From Alphaproteobacteria bacterium (lineage in GTDB: Bacteria > Pseudomonadota > Alphaproteobacteria > UBA828): a stretch of 64,000 nucleotides of DNA. Where the stretch lies: contig CAXXVO010000005.1 of the NCBI GenBank assembly GCA_963422645.2, positions 128,001 through 192,000 on the forward strand, read 5' to 3'. Below, piece after piece: positions 8,602 through 19,341 of this stretch; position 1 is the first letter of the stretch; the number at the start of each line of letters is the position of its first letter. Position numbers and translations under genes: made by a program. Under the pieces are notes generated by a model. That model searched no databases. It was not told the origin of the DNA and was given only the letters and a program-made list of their open reading frames with translations.

Positions 8602-10716
8602 ATGCAACCGACTTCGGGGCCGCGGCCCAAGTCCTGGTTAATTGTGTTGAGCCTGATGGCCGTCCCGCTCTTCGCGATGGTCTGCGCTTCCGATGCGCGC
8701 GCGGACACGCCAGTAGAGGTTGAGCAGGAAGTCGCCGAGGAAGCGGAGGTCGAGGTCGGGCCATCGGCCAGTGCCACGACCACACCGCTCATCCCCCGCA
8801 AGGTCCTGTTCGGCAACCCGGACAAGATAAACGTCCAGATCAGCCCGGACGGGCGTTTCCTGAGCTACGCCGCCCCGGTGGACGGGGTGCTCAACGTCTG
8901 GGTAGGGCCGGTGGATGACCCGGCGGCGGCCCGGCCCGTCACCCGGGACACGTTCGGGGGAATCGGCAACTACTTCTGGGCCGACGCCGGCGATCACATC
9001 GGCTACCTCATGGACTGGCAAGGCGACGAGAACGCGCATCTCTATTCCGTCGAATTGGATACCGGCGCGATCTGGGACTTGACCCCAATGGTCGGCGCGC
9101 GGGCGGTCATCGTGGGGGGCAGCCCCAAGTTCCCCAACGAGCTGCTTGTGGGTCTGAACGGCCGCGACCCCCGATACAACGATATCTATCGGATCAACGT
9201 CAGAACCGGGGAAAGGCGGCTGGTGCAGGTGAACGACCGGTTCGCCGGCTTCCTCATCGATGACGATTTCAACATTCGCTTCGCCAGCCGTCCCTCCGAG
9301 GACGGGGGCAGCGAACTGCTGCGCTCCACCGCTGGCGGCGGCTGGGAGTCGTTTATCAAATTCCCGCTGGAAGATGTCGAGACCGGCAAGATCTTCGGCT
9401 TCGACGAGACAGGGCGGGTCCTGTATCTGGCGGACAACCGGGGGCGGGATACCTCCGCTCTTACCGCCATCAACCTGGACACCGGGGAACAGACCGTCAT
9501 CGCCGCCGACGCCAGGGCCGATGTGAACGGCGTGATGAGACACCCCAGGGAACGGACCATCCAGGCCGTCGACTTCATCTATGATCGCAGGGAGTACCGC
9601 ATTTTGGACGACTCCATCGCCCCCGACATGGAATACTTGCGCACGGTGGCCGATGGCGACTTTCAGGTGATCAGCCGCCCCCTGGACGACAGCCGCTGGA
9701 TCGTGGTCTACCCGGTGGACGACGGGCCGGCGCGCTACTACAGCTATGACCGAGCCAGGAAAGAGGCGACGTTCCTGTTCACGCACGCGAAAGAGTTGGA
9801 GGGGCTGCCGCTGGCCAAATTGCACCCGGTCGTTATCACGTCGCGCGACGGGCTGGACCTGGTGAGCTACTACATGCTGCCGGTGGAGAGCGACAGGGAT
9901 GGCTCGGGGCGTCCGGACCACCCCTTGCCGATGGTCCTGCATGTGCATGGCGGCCCCCATGAGCGGGTGGAGTGGAACTATTGTCCGTTGTGCCAACTCC
10001 TGGCCAACCGGGGCTACGCCGTGTTGACCGTAAACTTCCGGGGCTCCACCGGGTTCGGCAAGGCGTTCGTCAACGCCGCCAACTTGGAGTGGGGCGGCAA
10101 GATGCACGACGACCTGATCGACGCCGTGCAGTGGGCCATCGAGCAGGGGATCGCCGACCCGCAGCGGGTGGCGATTTATGGTGCCAGCTACGGCGGCTAC
10201 GCCACTCTGGTGGGCCTGACCCTTACCCCGGATACCTTCGCCTGCGGCGTGGACATCGTCGGCCCTTCGAACCTAGTTACCCTGCTGAACAGCATTCCAC
10301 CTTACTGGGAGCCGGCGATCGAGCGGATGGTCCGTCAGATCGGCGACCATCGCACCGAGGCGGGCCGGGCCTTCCTGGCCGAGCGTTCCCCGCTTACGCA
10401 CGTCGAGCGCATCAGCAAGCCCCTGCTCATCGGCCACGGCGCCCACGACCCTCGGGTCAAGCTAGCCGAGGCTGAGCAGATCGTTCAGGCCATGCTGGCC
10501 AGGAACCTCCCGGTCACTGCCGTCATCTATCCCGACGAAGGGCACAGCATCAGTCGGCCCGAGAACACACTCTCCTTCCTGGCAGTAGCGGAAGCCTTCC
10601 TGGCCGAGTGTCTGGGAGGGAGGCACGAGCCGGTGGGGGATGACTTCGCGGGCTCGTCCATCGTCGTGCCGGTCGGAGCGGAGCATATTCCGGGGCTCGT
10701 GGAAGCTCTCGAATAG
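8602..10716 (+). CDS. S9-family (dipeptidyl/acylaminoacyl) peptidase, probably exported
   Basis: HGGP, NFRGSTGFGK, GASYGG nucleophile, HDPRV and DEGH motifs; N-terminal hydrophobic leader. Confidence 0.93.
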   Translation: MQPTSGPRPKSWLIVLSLMAVPLFAMVCASDARADTPVEVEQEVAEEAEVEVGPSASATTTPLIPRKVLFGNPDKINVQISPDGRFLSYAAPVDGVLNVWVGPVDDPAAARPVTRDTFGGIGNYFWADAGDHIGYLMDWQGDENAHLYSVELDTGAIWDLTPMVGARAVIVGGSPKFPNELLVGLNGRDPRYNDIYRINVRTGERRLVQVNDRFAGFLIDDDFNIRFASRPSEDGGSELLRSTAGGGWESFIKFPLEDVETGKIFGFDETGRVLYLADNRGRDTSALTAINLDTGEQTVIAADARADVNGVMRHPRERTIQAVDFIYDRREYRILDDSIAPDMEYLRTVADGDFQVISRPLDDSRWIVVYPVDDGPARYYSYDRARKEATFLFTHAKELEGLPLAKLHPVVITSRDGLDLVSYYMLPVESDRDGSGRPDHPLPMVLHVHGGPHERVEWNYCPLCQLLANRGYAVLTVNFRGSTGFGKAFVNAANLEWGGKMHDDLIDAVQWAIEQGIADPQRVAIYGASYGGYATLVGLTLTPDTFACGVDIVGPSNLVTLLNSIPPYWEPAIERMVRQIGDHRTEAGRAFLAERSPLTHVERISKPLLIGHGAHDPRVKLAEAEQIVQAMLARNLPVTAVIYPDEGHSISRPENTLSFLAVAEAFLAECLGGRHEPVGDDFAGSSIVVPVGAEHIPGLVEALE

Positions 10717-10842
10717 AATGAAACGGCCCCGCCGATTCGGACAGCCTGGCGGCTTGGTTTCGGTGTATTCCGCGTGATGCTCAGGCCGCCAGAATCCCCT
10801 ACCCAAAATCACGTGAGACGAGCCGCAGTCGCGTAGCTTGGG

Positions 10843-11895
10843 CTAAAAGCTGAAGGTGAAGAGTTTAAATTCGCGTGCGGGTCTTTCGAATTCCGAGGCC
10901 GTGAACCGGTCCGGCACTGCGGACCAGTCATCGTAGATATCGCCACCGATATAGAATCGCCCCGTCGTGCCGGGGTCTGCGAGCGAGGTACTTGTCGCGA
11001 AGAGCTCGTAGGAATGCTCTGGCGGGCGTGATCCGACTCGATCGTCATGAGGCACGAACTCCACGAGACCGTCACCGTCGACGTCCGCGTGGATCCAGTC
11101 GAGGTGGAGCAGGCGATGATAGCTGCGGTCGGCCATCAAGGCGCTCAGTTCGATGTTGAACCGTGAGATGATCGATTCAGCGTCCGGAAGAGAGCGCTGG
11201 ACAGCGAAGTGCAGGGAGCGCGACAGAAGGGGTGTGAAGCCGAACGCCAGTCGGGTTCGCGCTTCCTCTGGATGGTTGCTGAGGAGATACTGGACGACCA
11301 GCTCGTCCATCAGCGTGTAGTCCGCCTCGCCGCTGAGGACCATTGCCACGCTGTCCTCCAGGCCGCGCGAGTCGACGAGAATCGAGCCGGCGGCCGTCTC
11401 GACCGCCTCGCCATAGGCGTACCCGGCTACCAGGGCGATCCGCTCGCCGGCGAGCGCAGCCAGCGTGGTTGCGGATACGTCGCTGCCCCGGCGCCCGACG
11501 AGGACCAACCTGTTCTCAAGATACGGCTGGGAGTAAATAAGCTGGCGTTCGCGCTCCGCATCAATCCAGAGCGCTGCGCTTCCGTCAAACTCGCCGCTCA
11601 GCAGCGAGGACGTAAACTTGGCTTCGTCCACGATGACCGTGTCGGCAATGATGCCGAGGCGTTCGAGAGCCTCCTCGACCAGATCGAGGGCGAAGCGCGG
11701 CTGTCCCGGCGGGTTGGTGAACGGCGACCAGGCCGTCGACACCAGTTGCAGGTGCCGGTCCTTCTCCGTGGCCATGACCGGGATTGCGATGATCAGGAGT
11801 AACAGCGCTACGATCGCCGACCCGAACCAGAGAAGTAGCCGCTTTGGGCGCATGAGTCGTGAACTGTCCAGTTCCCGAGCGTCGTTGGCTGACAT
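10843..11895 (-). CDS. Amino-acid ABC-type substrate-binding family protein with C-terminal extension
   Basis: N-terminal hydrophobic segment; STAWSPF, YSQPYLENRLV, GYAYG; DVDGDG motif near the C-terminus. Confidence 0.7.
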   Translation of the reverse strand: MSANDARELDSSRLMRPKRLLLWFGSAIVALLLLIIAIPVMATEKDRHLQLVSTAWSPFTNPPGQPRFALDLVEEALERLGIIADTVIVDEAKFTSSLLSGEFDGSAALWIDAERERQLIYSQPYLENRLVLVGRRGSDVSATTLAALAGERIALVAGYAYGEAVETAAGSILVDSRGLEDSVAMVLSGEADYTLMDELVVQYLLSNHPEEARTRLAFGFTPLLSRSLHFAVQRSLPDAESIISRFNIELSALMADRSYHRLLHLDWIHADVDGDGLVEFVPHDDRVGSRPPEHSYELFATSTSLADPGTTGRFYIGGDIYDDWSAVPDRFTASEFERPAREFKLFTFSF

Positions 11896-13076
11896 GGTGC
11901 TTCTCCTATGCCCATTCGCTTCGACAGGAGACCATGGGGCCGTTCTCGCTCCAATGGCAAGAGTCGCATATTGGGCGGCCTCGCTTCGAGCGGAACTTCG
12001 CCGATGTAGCCGGCGGATATCACTCGACGTAGCCGGTGATTGTTACCCAAATGGCCACCCCGGAGCGAAGCGACGCGATCAAGCCCGGCCCTCAAGTCCG
12101 GCAACACGGCGCGGGTGCCACGTATCCAGTCCCACTGGAGGGAGGACCCGTTCCGCGCCGCTCTGGCGCCGGTTCGACGCCCTTCCAGCACGGAGTCCGC
12201 CATGCTCGATGCCCACCAGGCGGTGGACGCTCGCGCCCGTCGTTCCCGCCTCAGTCTGTTCCGACGTCTATGATCGCAGAGATAGACTGCCCGACCCTTT
12301 CGGCCGCTGCCTCGATCTCGCGATCTCCCAGATGGGCATAGCGCAGCGTCGTGCGCACATCGGAATGACCGAGCAGCCGGGAGACGACCGGAACCGGCAC
12401 GCCGTTCATCACCGCGTGGCTGGCATGGGAGTGGCGGAGGTCGTGAAGGCGAACGTCCTCAATGCCGGCTTCCCGCCGGGCGCGATCCCAGAACGCGAGG
12501 TTGCAGCTGCGGGGCCGGGCGGGATCTCTCGGGGACGGAAAGACGAACGGGCTTCCACCGCGCGGCCGGCGTTCGAGAATGCGCCGGGCCGGAGTGTTGA
12601 GGGGAACGATCCTTGGCCCGGTCTTGCCGTCGGCAAGGACCAGCCTGTCGCGATCGACTTCCGACCAGCGCAGCCGGAGGATTTCGCTCCTGCGGCATCC
12701 GGTCAGAAGCAGGAGCCGGATGATATTTGCCTGCTCACGCCTACTGTCGCGGGTCTGCCTGTCCAGGACGTTGTGGAGCCGGGATATCTCCTCCCGTGAC
12801 AGAAAGTGCGTGAGCACCCGTCTTGGGTTCCGTTCCACGGCCCGCGCCGGGTTGGTGCCGAGGTGGCCGCGGGCGAACGTGAAGTTGATGATCTGGGTGA
12901 GTAGATCGAGCGCGTGATTGGCGTTGCCGGGCGCGGTCCGGCTGAACCGGTCGAACCATCGCCCGACCTGGGCCTAGGCAATGCGATCGAGCGGCTTGGA
13001 GCCGAAGGCGGGCAGCAGCTGGCGGTCGAGCAGGGACTGGACGCCCTTTCTCGTGGACGGCTTGTATCCGTCAAAA

Positions 13077-14844
13077 CAGTCATGGTCCCCGCGGTTCTGA
13101 GCCACCCCGTGGCATGAAACAGGAGCGGTTCGGCTGACGTTTTCCTTGCGCTTGCACCCATTTGCCGTGTCAGGATGGGTATTGGCGGAGGTGGGGACGT
13201 GTGAGCGTCGTTATATCGGTGACGTAGTTCCCGATGACAAAACTGCTTCCGGCGGCCGGCTCCGCACCCCGTATTGTACCCGGCCCGTGGCCGTGGACGC
13301 GCGGCAAATTGCACCGCACCCGCTCGTCGGATGCGTGTTCTTCCGACCGCTGTCCCCGCCTCCACCGTGGCGATGCCACGGCGTGATCGTACGCCGCCGT
13401 GGCGAGAGCGCAAATGAGGAGGAAGGCGATGAAGACGGAAGGCTTGCACGTCGTCCGGCCGCGCGCGGCGGGTCTGGACGTGCACAAGATGGAGATCACC
13501 GCGACGGTTCGCCTCTGTGAGGGCGAGGGTGAGCCGGTGGTGGAGACGCGCTGCTTCGGCACGCTGCCGAGCGGTCTGGAGGAGATGGTCGCGTGGCTGA
13601 CCGGTCACGGCGTCGAGGCTGCGGTGATGGAAGGGACCGGGGTCTACTGGCAGGCGCCCTTCGCGGCCCTGGAGGCGGCCGGGCTCGAGGCGATCCTGGT
13701 GCATGCGCGTCAGGTGAAGCAGTTGAAGGGGCGCAAGACCGACGTGGCGGACAGCGTGTGGCTGGCCTGCGTGTGCCAGTTCGGGCTCTGCACGCCTTCC
13801 CACGTTCCGCCTGAGCCGTTCCGGGAGCTGCGCGCACTGAGCCGCCAGCGCCGCGTCCTGGTCAGGCAGCGCTCCGCCGTGCGCAACCGCGTGCAGAAGA
13901 TCATCGACCGCGCCGGTGCGCGCATCGGCGGCATCCTCTCCGACGTCTTCGGCGTCAACGGCCGGAAGATCCTCGACGGCCTGGCGCAGGGGACGGCGCG
14001 CGAGGTCATCCTCGCCTCGCTCACCAGCCACGTTGCGAACAAGCTGGAGGGGCTCGGCGAGGCGCTCACCCTGAGCCTGGGCGACAACGACCGCTTCATG
14101 CTCAACGACCTGCTGGAGGAGCATGACGCGCTTGAGGCGCGCATCGCGTCCTACACCAGGAAGATCGACGGGCAGATGACACCGTGGGAGGAGCAGCTCC
14201 GTCTGCTGACCACCATCCCCGGCATCGACCGCACCGCCGCCTCGACCATCCTCATCGAGATCGGCCCCGACATCGGCGTGTTCGCCTCCAAGGAGCACTT
14301 CGCCGCCTGGGCCGGGCTCTGCCCCGGCAACAACGAGAGCGGGGGCAAGCGCCGCAACGCACGCACCCGCATGGGCTCCAAGACCCTGCGCGCCTGCCTC
14401 GTCGAGTGTGCCCACGGCGCGGCCCGAACCAAGGGGTGCCAGTTCGAGGCTCATCACCGCGCCCTCGCCGCCCGGCGCGGCTACAAGCGCGCCATCGTCG
14501 CCGGCGCTCACAAGATGCTGCGCATCATCTATGTGGTGCTCAAGACCGGCAGGCCCTACTACGACCGCACGGCCGACTACGACGCTCTGATGGTCAAGCG
14601 CAACGCTCCTCGGTGGATCCGCATGCTCCGCCGCTACGGCTACATCGAGCCCGTAGGCGCGGAACTCAAGGCCGCCTGAGCGGCCCGCATCTCGTCAGCC
14701 GGCTACGCGGGACCGCTTCGGACCACATCGGGGAAGTCCACCGCTCGTCTCCGCCGCGCCGACCCTGGCGGTCTCAGCCAACGCCGTGACCTCGGGGTTG
14801 GAGCGTCACCGCGCGTCCCTCGCCAGAATCTGTTTCACGGCAAA
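13077..14844 (+). mobile_element. IS110-family element A, copy 2
   Basis: Identical to 1797-3564; inserted in the integrase gene. Confidence 0.92.
13429..14679 (+). CDS. IS110-family recombinase/transposase
   Basis: Same protein as 2149-3399. Confidence 0.95.
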   Translation: MKTEGLHVVRPRAAGLDVHKMEITATVRLCEGEGEPVVETRCFGTLPSGLEEMVAWLTGHGVEAAVMEGTGVYWQAPFAALEAAGLEAILVHARQVKQLKGRKTDVADSVWLACVCQFGLCTPSHVPPEPFRELRALSRQRRVLVRQRSAVRNRVQKIIDRAGARIGGILSDVFGVNGRKILDGLAQGTAREVILASLTSHVANKLEGLGEALTLSLGDNDRFMLNDLLEEHDALEARIASYTRKIDGQMTPWEEQLRLLTTIPGIDRTAASTILIEIGPDIGVFASKEHFAAWAGLCPGNNESGGKRRNARTRMGSKTLRACLVECAHGAARTKGCQFEAHHRALAARRGYKRAIVAGAHKMLRIIYVVLKTGRPYYDRTADYDALMVKRNAPRWIRMLRRYGYIEPVGAELKAA

Positions 14845-15015
14845 TGGGCTTCCTTCCACGCACCCTCGATGAAGTCCCGAAATAGCGGAGCGACCCGCCT
14901 GGGCGCTCTGGTCGCTTCCGGTTCCGCCTTGCGCGCATGGCATTCCCGGCGGGCCTCCGCGACGGTCTTCAGCGACACCGGGCCGAGCGAGACCCGTCTC
15001 GATCGCCCGTCAGTA

Positions 15016-15127
15016 CGCGCGGCCGAAGAAGCCGGCCAGCAGCACTACCGTCATGATGTAGGGAAGGATCAGTATCAGATCTGTCGGCGCCTGGCCGATC
15101 ACCGGCAGGTCCACGCCCTGCAGGCGC
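15016..15127 (-). pseudogene. C-terminal fragment of an ABC transporter permease (nucleoside/sugar type)
   Basis: Translates RLQGVDLPVIGQAPTDLILILPYIMTVVLLAGFFGRA. Confidence 0.55.
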
Positions 15128-15232
15128 GGTGGCGGCAGTCGTCGTGGCGGCCGACGAGGAGGCGGCCATCGCGCGCGCTACGGTCGAGGTGCTGAAGCGC
15201 GGCCTGCGGCACCGCGGCGGCCCGGGCGGCGG

Positions 15233-16231
15233 TCAGACGTATGCGCCTTCGAGCACGCCGCGCAGCGCGCCGCGATCCATGAAGCGCGGGCCCGCCTTCG
15301 GCTCGGCCTCCCAGCGCGCGAGCCAGGTACCGTCGACCGTGAGCTCGAGCTCCTCGGAGTCGGCGCGGCTGTTGCGCTCGTGCCATTTCTCCTCGAACTC
15401 CCCGGCCCAGACCTTGAAGTCGGGCTTGAGGCCGGGCTCGTCCACCCGCCGCATCGGCACGGACGGAATGTTGATGCCCGGCGGCGTGCCGGGCGCATGC
15501 CAGCGCAGGTCGACGGCCCAGCGCACCGCGTCGGTGTGGTTCTCCGTGGAGCGGTGGGGGATGAGATTGCTGTGGAGGATGACCGAGCCCAGCGGCGCCT
15601 CGCAGGTCACGATCTCCTCGGCCGCGACGTCCGCCCCATCCATGATGAGATACCAGGAATCGCGGTTCGCCGTGGTCTGGCTCTCGATGTCGTGGTGGTA
15701 GATCCGGGGCGGGTTGTGGGCGCCGCGCAGGAACTGTAGCGCGCCGTTCTCCCGCGTCGCGTCGACGAGCGGAATCCAGATGGTGGGAATGAACGTGGCC
15801 TCCGCATCCGGCGTGAAATAGGCGGCGTCCTGGTGCCACGGCACGGTGAGCCGGCTGGTCTCGGGCGTCTTGGACCGGAGCACCCAGTTGGCATGGCCGT
15901 CGATGTCGCGGCCGATGAGCTGCTCGACGATGTCGAGGAGCTGGTGCGAGCGCCAGAGCTCCGCCAGGGCCGGTCCGAACTTGCCGCGCAGGTTGGCGAG
16001 GACACCGGCGCCGGGAAAATCCCGGTTGAGGGCGGCAAGACGCGTGGAGAAGCCCTTGTCGGCGTGGGTGTCGGCGATGTGGCCGCGCTCGTGCAGTATC
16101 GCCGCGATGCCGTCGACCAGCTCGTCCAGCTCGGCGATCACGGAAGCGAGCTCGGCCGGCCGAAAGAGATCGGGGACGAGCAGGAATCCGTCTTCCCTGT
16201 ACTCCTCCAGTTGTTCCCTGCTGAGACTCAT
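15233..16231 (-). CDS. Phytanoyl-CoA dioxygenase (PhyH) family protein
   Basis: LSREQLEEYREDGFL start, PWHQD, WIPLVDATRENG, HRS...R motifs. Confidence 0.9.
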   Translation of the reverse strand: MSLSREQLEEYREDGFLLVPDLFRPAELASVIAELDELVDGIAAILHERGHIADTHADKGFSTRLAALNRDFPGAGVLANLRGKFGPALAELWRSHQLLDIVEQLIGRDIDGHANWVLRSKTPETSRLTVPWHQDAAYFTPDAEATFIPTIWIPLVDATRENGALQFLRGAHNPPRIYHHDIESQTTANRDSWYLIMDGADVAAEEIVTCEAPLGSVILHSNLIPHRSTENHTDAVRWAVDLRWHAPGTPPGINIPSVPMRRVDEPGLKPDFKVWAGEFEEKWHERNSRADSEELELTVDGTWLARWEAEPKAGPRFMDRGALRGVLEGAYV

Positions 16232-16433
16232 CGTCTGTGTCTCCTTTGCACTATCGCCGGAAGGGCCTCCACACACGGTGTCAATCGAATAGCAGTGCAA
16301 GCCGTCGCAGCCGGGGTGGTCGATTCACTCCGAGCAAGAATGTCCGCCGTTCGGTGGCGTCGCCATCGGACAGGGCGCAAGGGGCAAGACGGCCGACGGC
16401 TTCATGCGTGTAGCCGCGTTCGCATCGCGCCAG

Positions 16434-17234
16434 TCATACAGCCTTCCCGAGTTCTTCGGAAATCTCGCGAACCGCCCTTCCTCCGGCCATCGCTGTTTCC
16501 AATTCCTCCCGCGCGATATCGCCCTTGTCCCAGTTGCCGAGCGTTCGGCCACGGTTCAGAACCATGAACCTGTCGCCGACAGCGAAGGCATGATGAATGT
16601 TGTGCGTGATGAAGATCACGCTCAGGCCGCGCGTCCTCAAAAGATCGACGTACTTCAGCACGGTCGCGGTTTGGTGGACGCCGAGCGACGACGTCGGCTC
16701 GTCGAGGATGAGTACCCGAGCGCCGAAATGCACCGCTCGCGCAATCGCCAGACACTGCCGCTCTCCTCCCGACAATGTCCCCACCGCCTGGTGCGGGTCG
16801 CGTACGTCGATGCCGATCCATGCCATTTCCTCGCGCGCTGTCCGCATGGCGCGCCGTATGTCGAAGAGACGAAGTGGACCGAACGATTTGACCGGCTCCC
16901 GCCCCATGAAGAAATTTCGTATCACCGACATCAGCGGGATCATGGCAAGATCCTGGTGAACGGTGGCAATCCCGAGATCCAGGGCCTCGCGTGGGTTCCG
17001 GAGACGAACCTCCGTGCCGTTCACGAAGATCTGACCCGCGGTCGGCCTGAAGACGCCTGACAGGATCTTGATGACGGTCGACTTGCCGGCACCGTTGTCG
17101 CCAAGCAGGCACAAGACCTCGCCCGGGCGGACCGCAAGCGACACCCCGGCCAACGCCACGACCGCGCCGAAGTTCTTCTTAAGGTCCCTTGCCTCCACCA
17201 TGGGAGCGCTGCCCGGTGCCCGGTCGCGTTCCAT
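16434..17234 (-). CDS. Sugar ABC transporter ATP-binding protein
   Basis: Walker [22 protein letters not shown]. Confidence 0.93.
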   Translation of the reverse strand: MERDRAPGSAPMVEARDLKKNFGAVVALAGVSLAVRPGEVLCLLGDNGAGKSTVIKILSGVFRPTAGQIFVNGTEVRLRNPREALDLGIATVHQDLAMIPLMSVIRNFFMGREPVKSFGPLRLFDIRRAMRTAREEMAWIGIDVRDPHQAVGTLSGGERQCLAIARAVHFGARVLILDEPTSSLGVHQTATVLKYVDLLRTRGLSVIFITHNIHHAFAVGDRFMVLNRGRTLGNWDKGDIAREELETAMAGGRAVREISEELGKAV

Positions 17235-18325
17235 TAGCGTTCACCCGTAACGCGCCGACGGATGTAGTTGTTGGCGGCGACGGCGGCCAACAACATCCCG
17301 CTGAGAAAGACGAGGTAGTAGTCGAGGTCGAAGCTCGTGTACGTCAAACCGATTTGGACCATACCGAAAATCACCGCTCCCACGGCGGCGCCGATGGCCG
17401 ATCCGTAGCCTCCGGTCAGAAGACAGCCCCCGACCACCGCCGCGATAACGGCTTCGAATTCCTTCAGCGCGCCAGCCAGGGTGTGCGTCGTACCGATCGT
17501 CAACACGGTAATGATTGCGACCAGCGCGGCCGAGCACGCGGTGCCCAAGAAGAGAGTCGTCTTCACTCTCTCTACCGGCACGCCGGAGGTTCGCGCTGCG
17601 CGAGCATCGCCTCCCGACGCGTAGATCCAGTTGCCGAATCTGGTACGCACCAGGACAAATGTGGCAACGAGCGTGAGGAGCAAGAGCCACAACACTTCAA
17701 CCGGCACGCCTTTCGCCTTGGGCAAGCCGCTCCTGAACGTGTCGATCCAGCCCTCGGATCCCATCCACAGGAAAGCCGATTCGAACGCGTCGTCGGCGAG
17801 GAACAGCCTCAGCCAGTCGCCTTCGGTGGCTTCCTTCACGCCCGTCAATATGGTGACGCCCGTGATCATCTTGAGTCCGACCAGGGTTGCGCCCTTGAGG
17901 CCGAACATGAAGGCGAGCGTGACGATGAACGAAGGCAAACCGGTCCGGAGCACGATCTGGGCGTTGATGAACCCGTAGCATGCCGCCATCGCGAACGTTA
18001 CGATGATCGCCAACCAGAGAGGAAAATCCCAAACAATCAGGCACGCCCCGAAAATCATGCCGGAGAAGCCAATCATCGAGCCAATCGAGAGATCGAATTC
18101 GCCCGCAATCATGAGAAGCGACGCAGCCACGGCCAGAATGCCGAGCTGTGCCGCCGGCACCATCCAGCTCATGATCCCGGCTATCGTGAACATCGACGCG
18201 TTGGCGGTGAAAAGGAAGAACACCACCACAACCACAAAACCTGCGACCGCGCCGAGTTCCGGTCGGCGCATGACGCGCACGAACAGCGGCGTCCGGAGGA
18301 GTCGCTCGTCGCGGCTCTCCGTCAT
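17234..18325 (-). CDS. Sugar ABC transporter permease
   Basis: Multiple TM segments; [29 protein letters not shown]. Confidence 0.93.
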   Translation of the reverse strand: MTESRDERLLRTPLFVRVMRRPELGAVAGFVVVVVFFLFTANASMFTIAGIMSWMVPAAQLGILAVAASLLMIAGEFDLSIGSMIGFSGMIFGACLIVWDFPLWLAIIVTFAMAACYGFINAQIVLRTGLPSFIVTLAFMFGLKGATLVGLKMITGVTILTGVKEATEGDWLRLFLADDAFESAFLWMGSEGWIDTFRSGLPKAKGVPVEVLWLLLLTLVATFVLVRTRFGNWIYASGGDARAARTSGVPVERVKTTLFLGTACSAALVAIITVLTIGTTHTLAGALKEFEAVIAAVVGGCLLTGGYGSAIGAAVGAVIFGMVQIGLTYTSFDLDYYLVFLSGMLLAAVAANNYIRRRVTGER

Positions 18326-19341
18326 CTATTGCTCCTCGCTCAACGAGCAGCTCACACCAAGGGTCTATGGCCGAGGACTTGTGGCCGCCGCGTCGCCGCG
18401 CGGCGACGCGATTGCCACGACGAAGCGGTCCGCACTTTCATGCAGACCGCTCGCCGCCAATCGAGGTTTATCGATATCCGTTCTTCGTCTGTTCGAGCAC
18501 CGACGCGGCGTTGGACGCGTCAATGACCAGCGGGCCGGAACCGATGTGATCCACAATGAACGTGATTCCATAGCGGGCCTTCAGATTGAGCGCGATCACC
18601 GGCAGGTATCCTTGTAGATAGGGCTGCTGGTCGATGGTGAAGGTGATCCTGCCGTCGCGGATATCTTCAAGCACCTCCTCGGAGAGGTTGAAGGTCGAGT
18701 GGAGGATCTCGTCGGCCAAACCCATCTCCTCGACCGTATCTGCGATCGTGGGCGCAGTGGTCGTGCTCATCGAGACTATGACGTCGACCTCCGGATCCGA
18801 CTCGAGAACGCCTCTTGTTCTGGCGGCGACGTCTGAGGGATTCCAGTTGGACGGCACGACGCCGGCGGGGCTGCCGAAACCCTCATCCAAACCATTGCAA
18901 ATCGCGTCGAGAAGGATGTTGCCGGGCAACAGGTTGAAGCACACGGCTTTGGTGCCGCCCAGCTCCTTGAGGCGCTTGCCGGAGATAACGCCGGCTTCGT
19001 ACAGGTCTTCTCCGACAAAGAACATGGTGCCGGTCTGCTCCTGCGTGCCCACACCAAGGTTGATCGATACAGCCGGAATCCCGGCATCCACCGCCGCCCG
19101 AATCCCCGGCCCGAGGGCGTCCACGTCGGTGACCGCCACGATCAGCCCGTCCGGTTCTTGAGCGGTGGCGGAACGAATCAGGTTGTGCATCGCCACCAAG
19201 TCGGCCCCGCCTTCGGGGGCCTGGTAGCTGAGCTCCGCCCCGATAAGAGCCGATGCATCCTCGGCTCCCTTCTTGACCGGCGCCCAGAAGCTGTCGCCCG
19301 CCGCAGCATGCGTGATCATGACGATTCTCAAGGTTCTTTCT

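Larger units (their letters stand above)
12251..15014 (-). pseudogene. Tyrosine recombinase/phage integrase, interrupted by IS110, with an internal stop and a truncated 5' end
   Basis: LLLTGCRRSE, HDLRHS and LLGH...RYAH motifs; frame continues across the IS (WKEAHF/DGYKPST); TAG at 12974-12976. Confidence 0.88.

Noticed and set aside
1797-14844. Segmental duplication or composite element from the two IS110-A copies
   Set aside because: Identity stops at the element ends and copy 2 has a reconstructable empty site inside the integrase.
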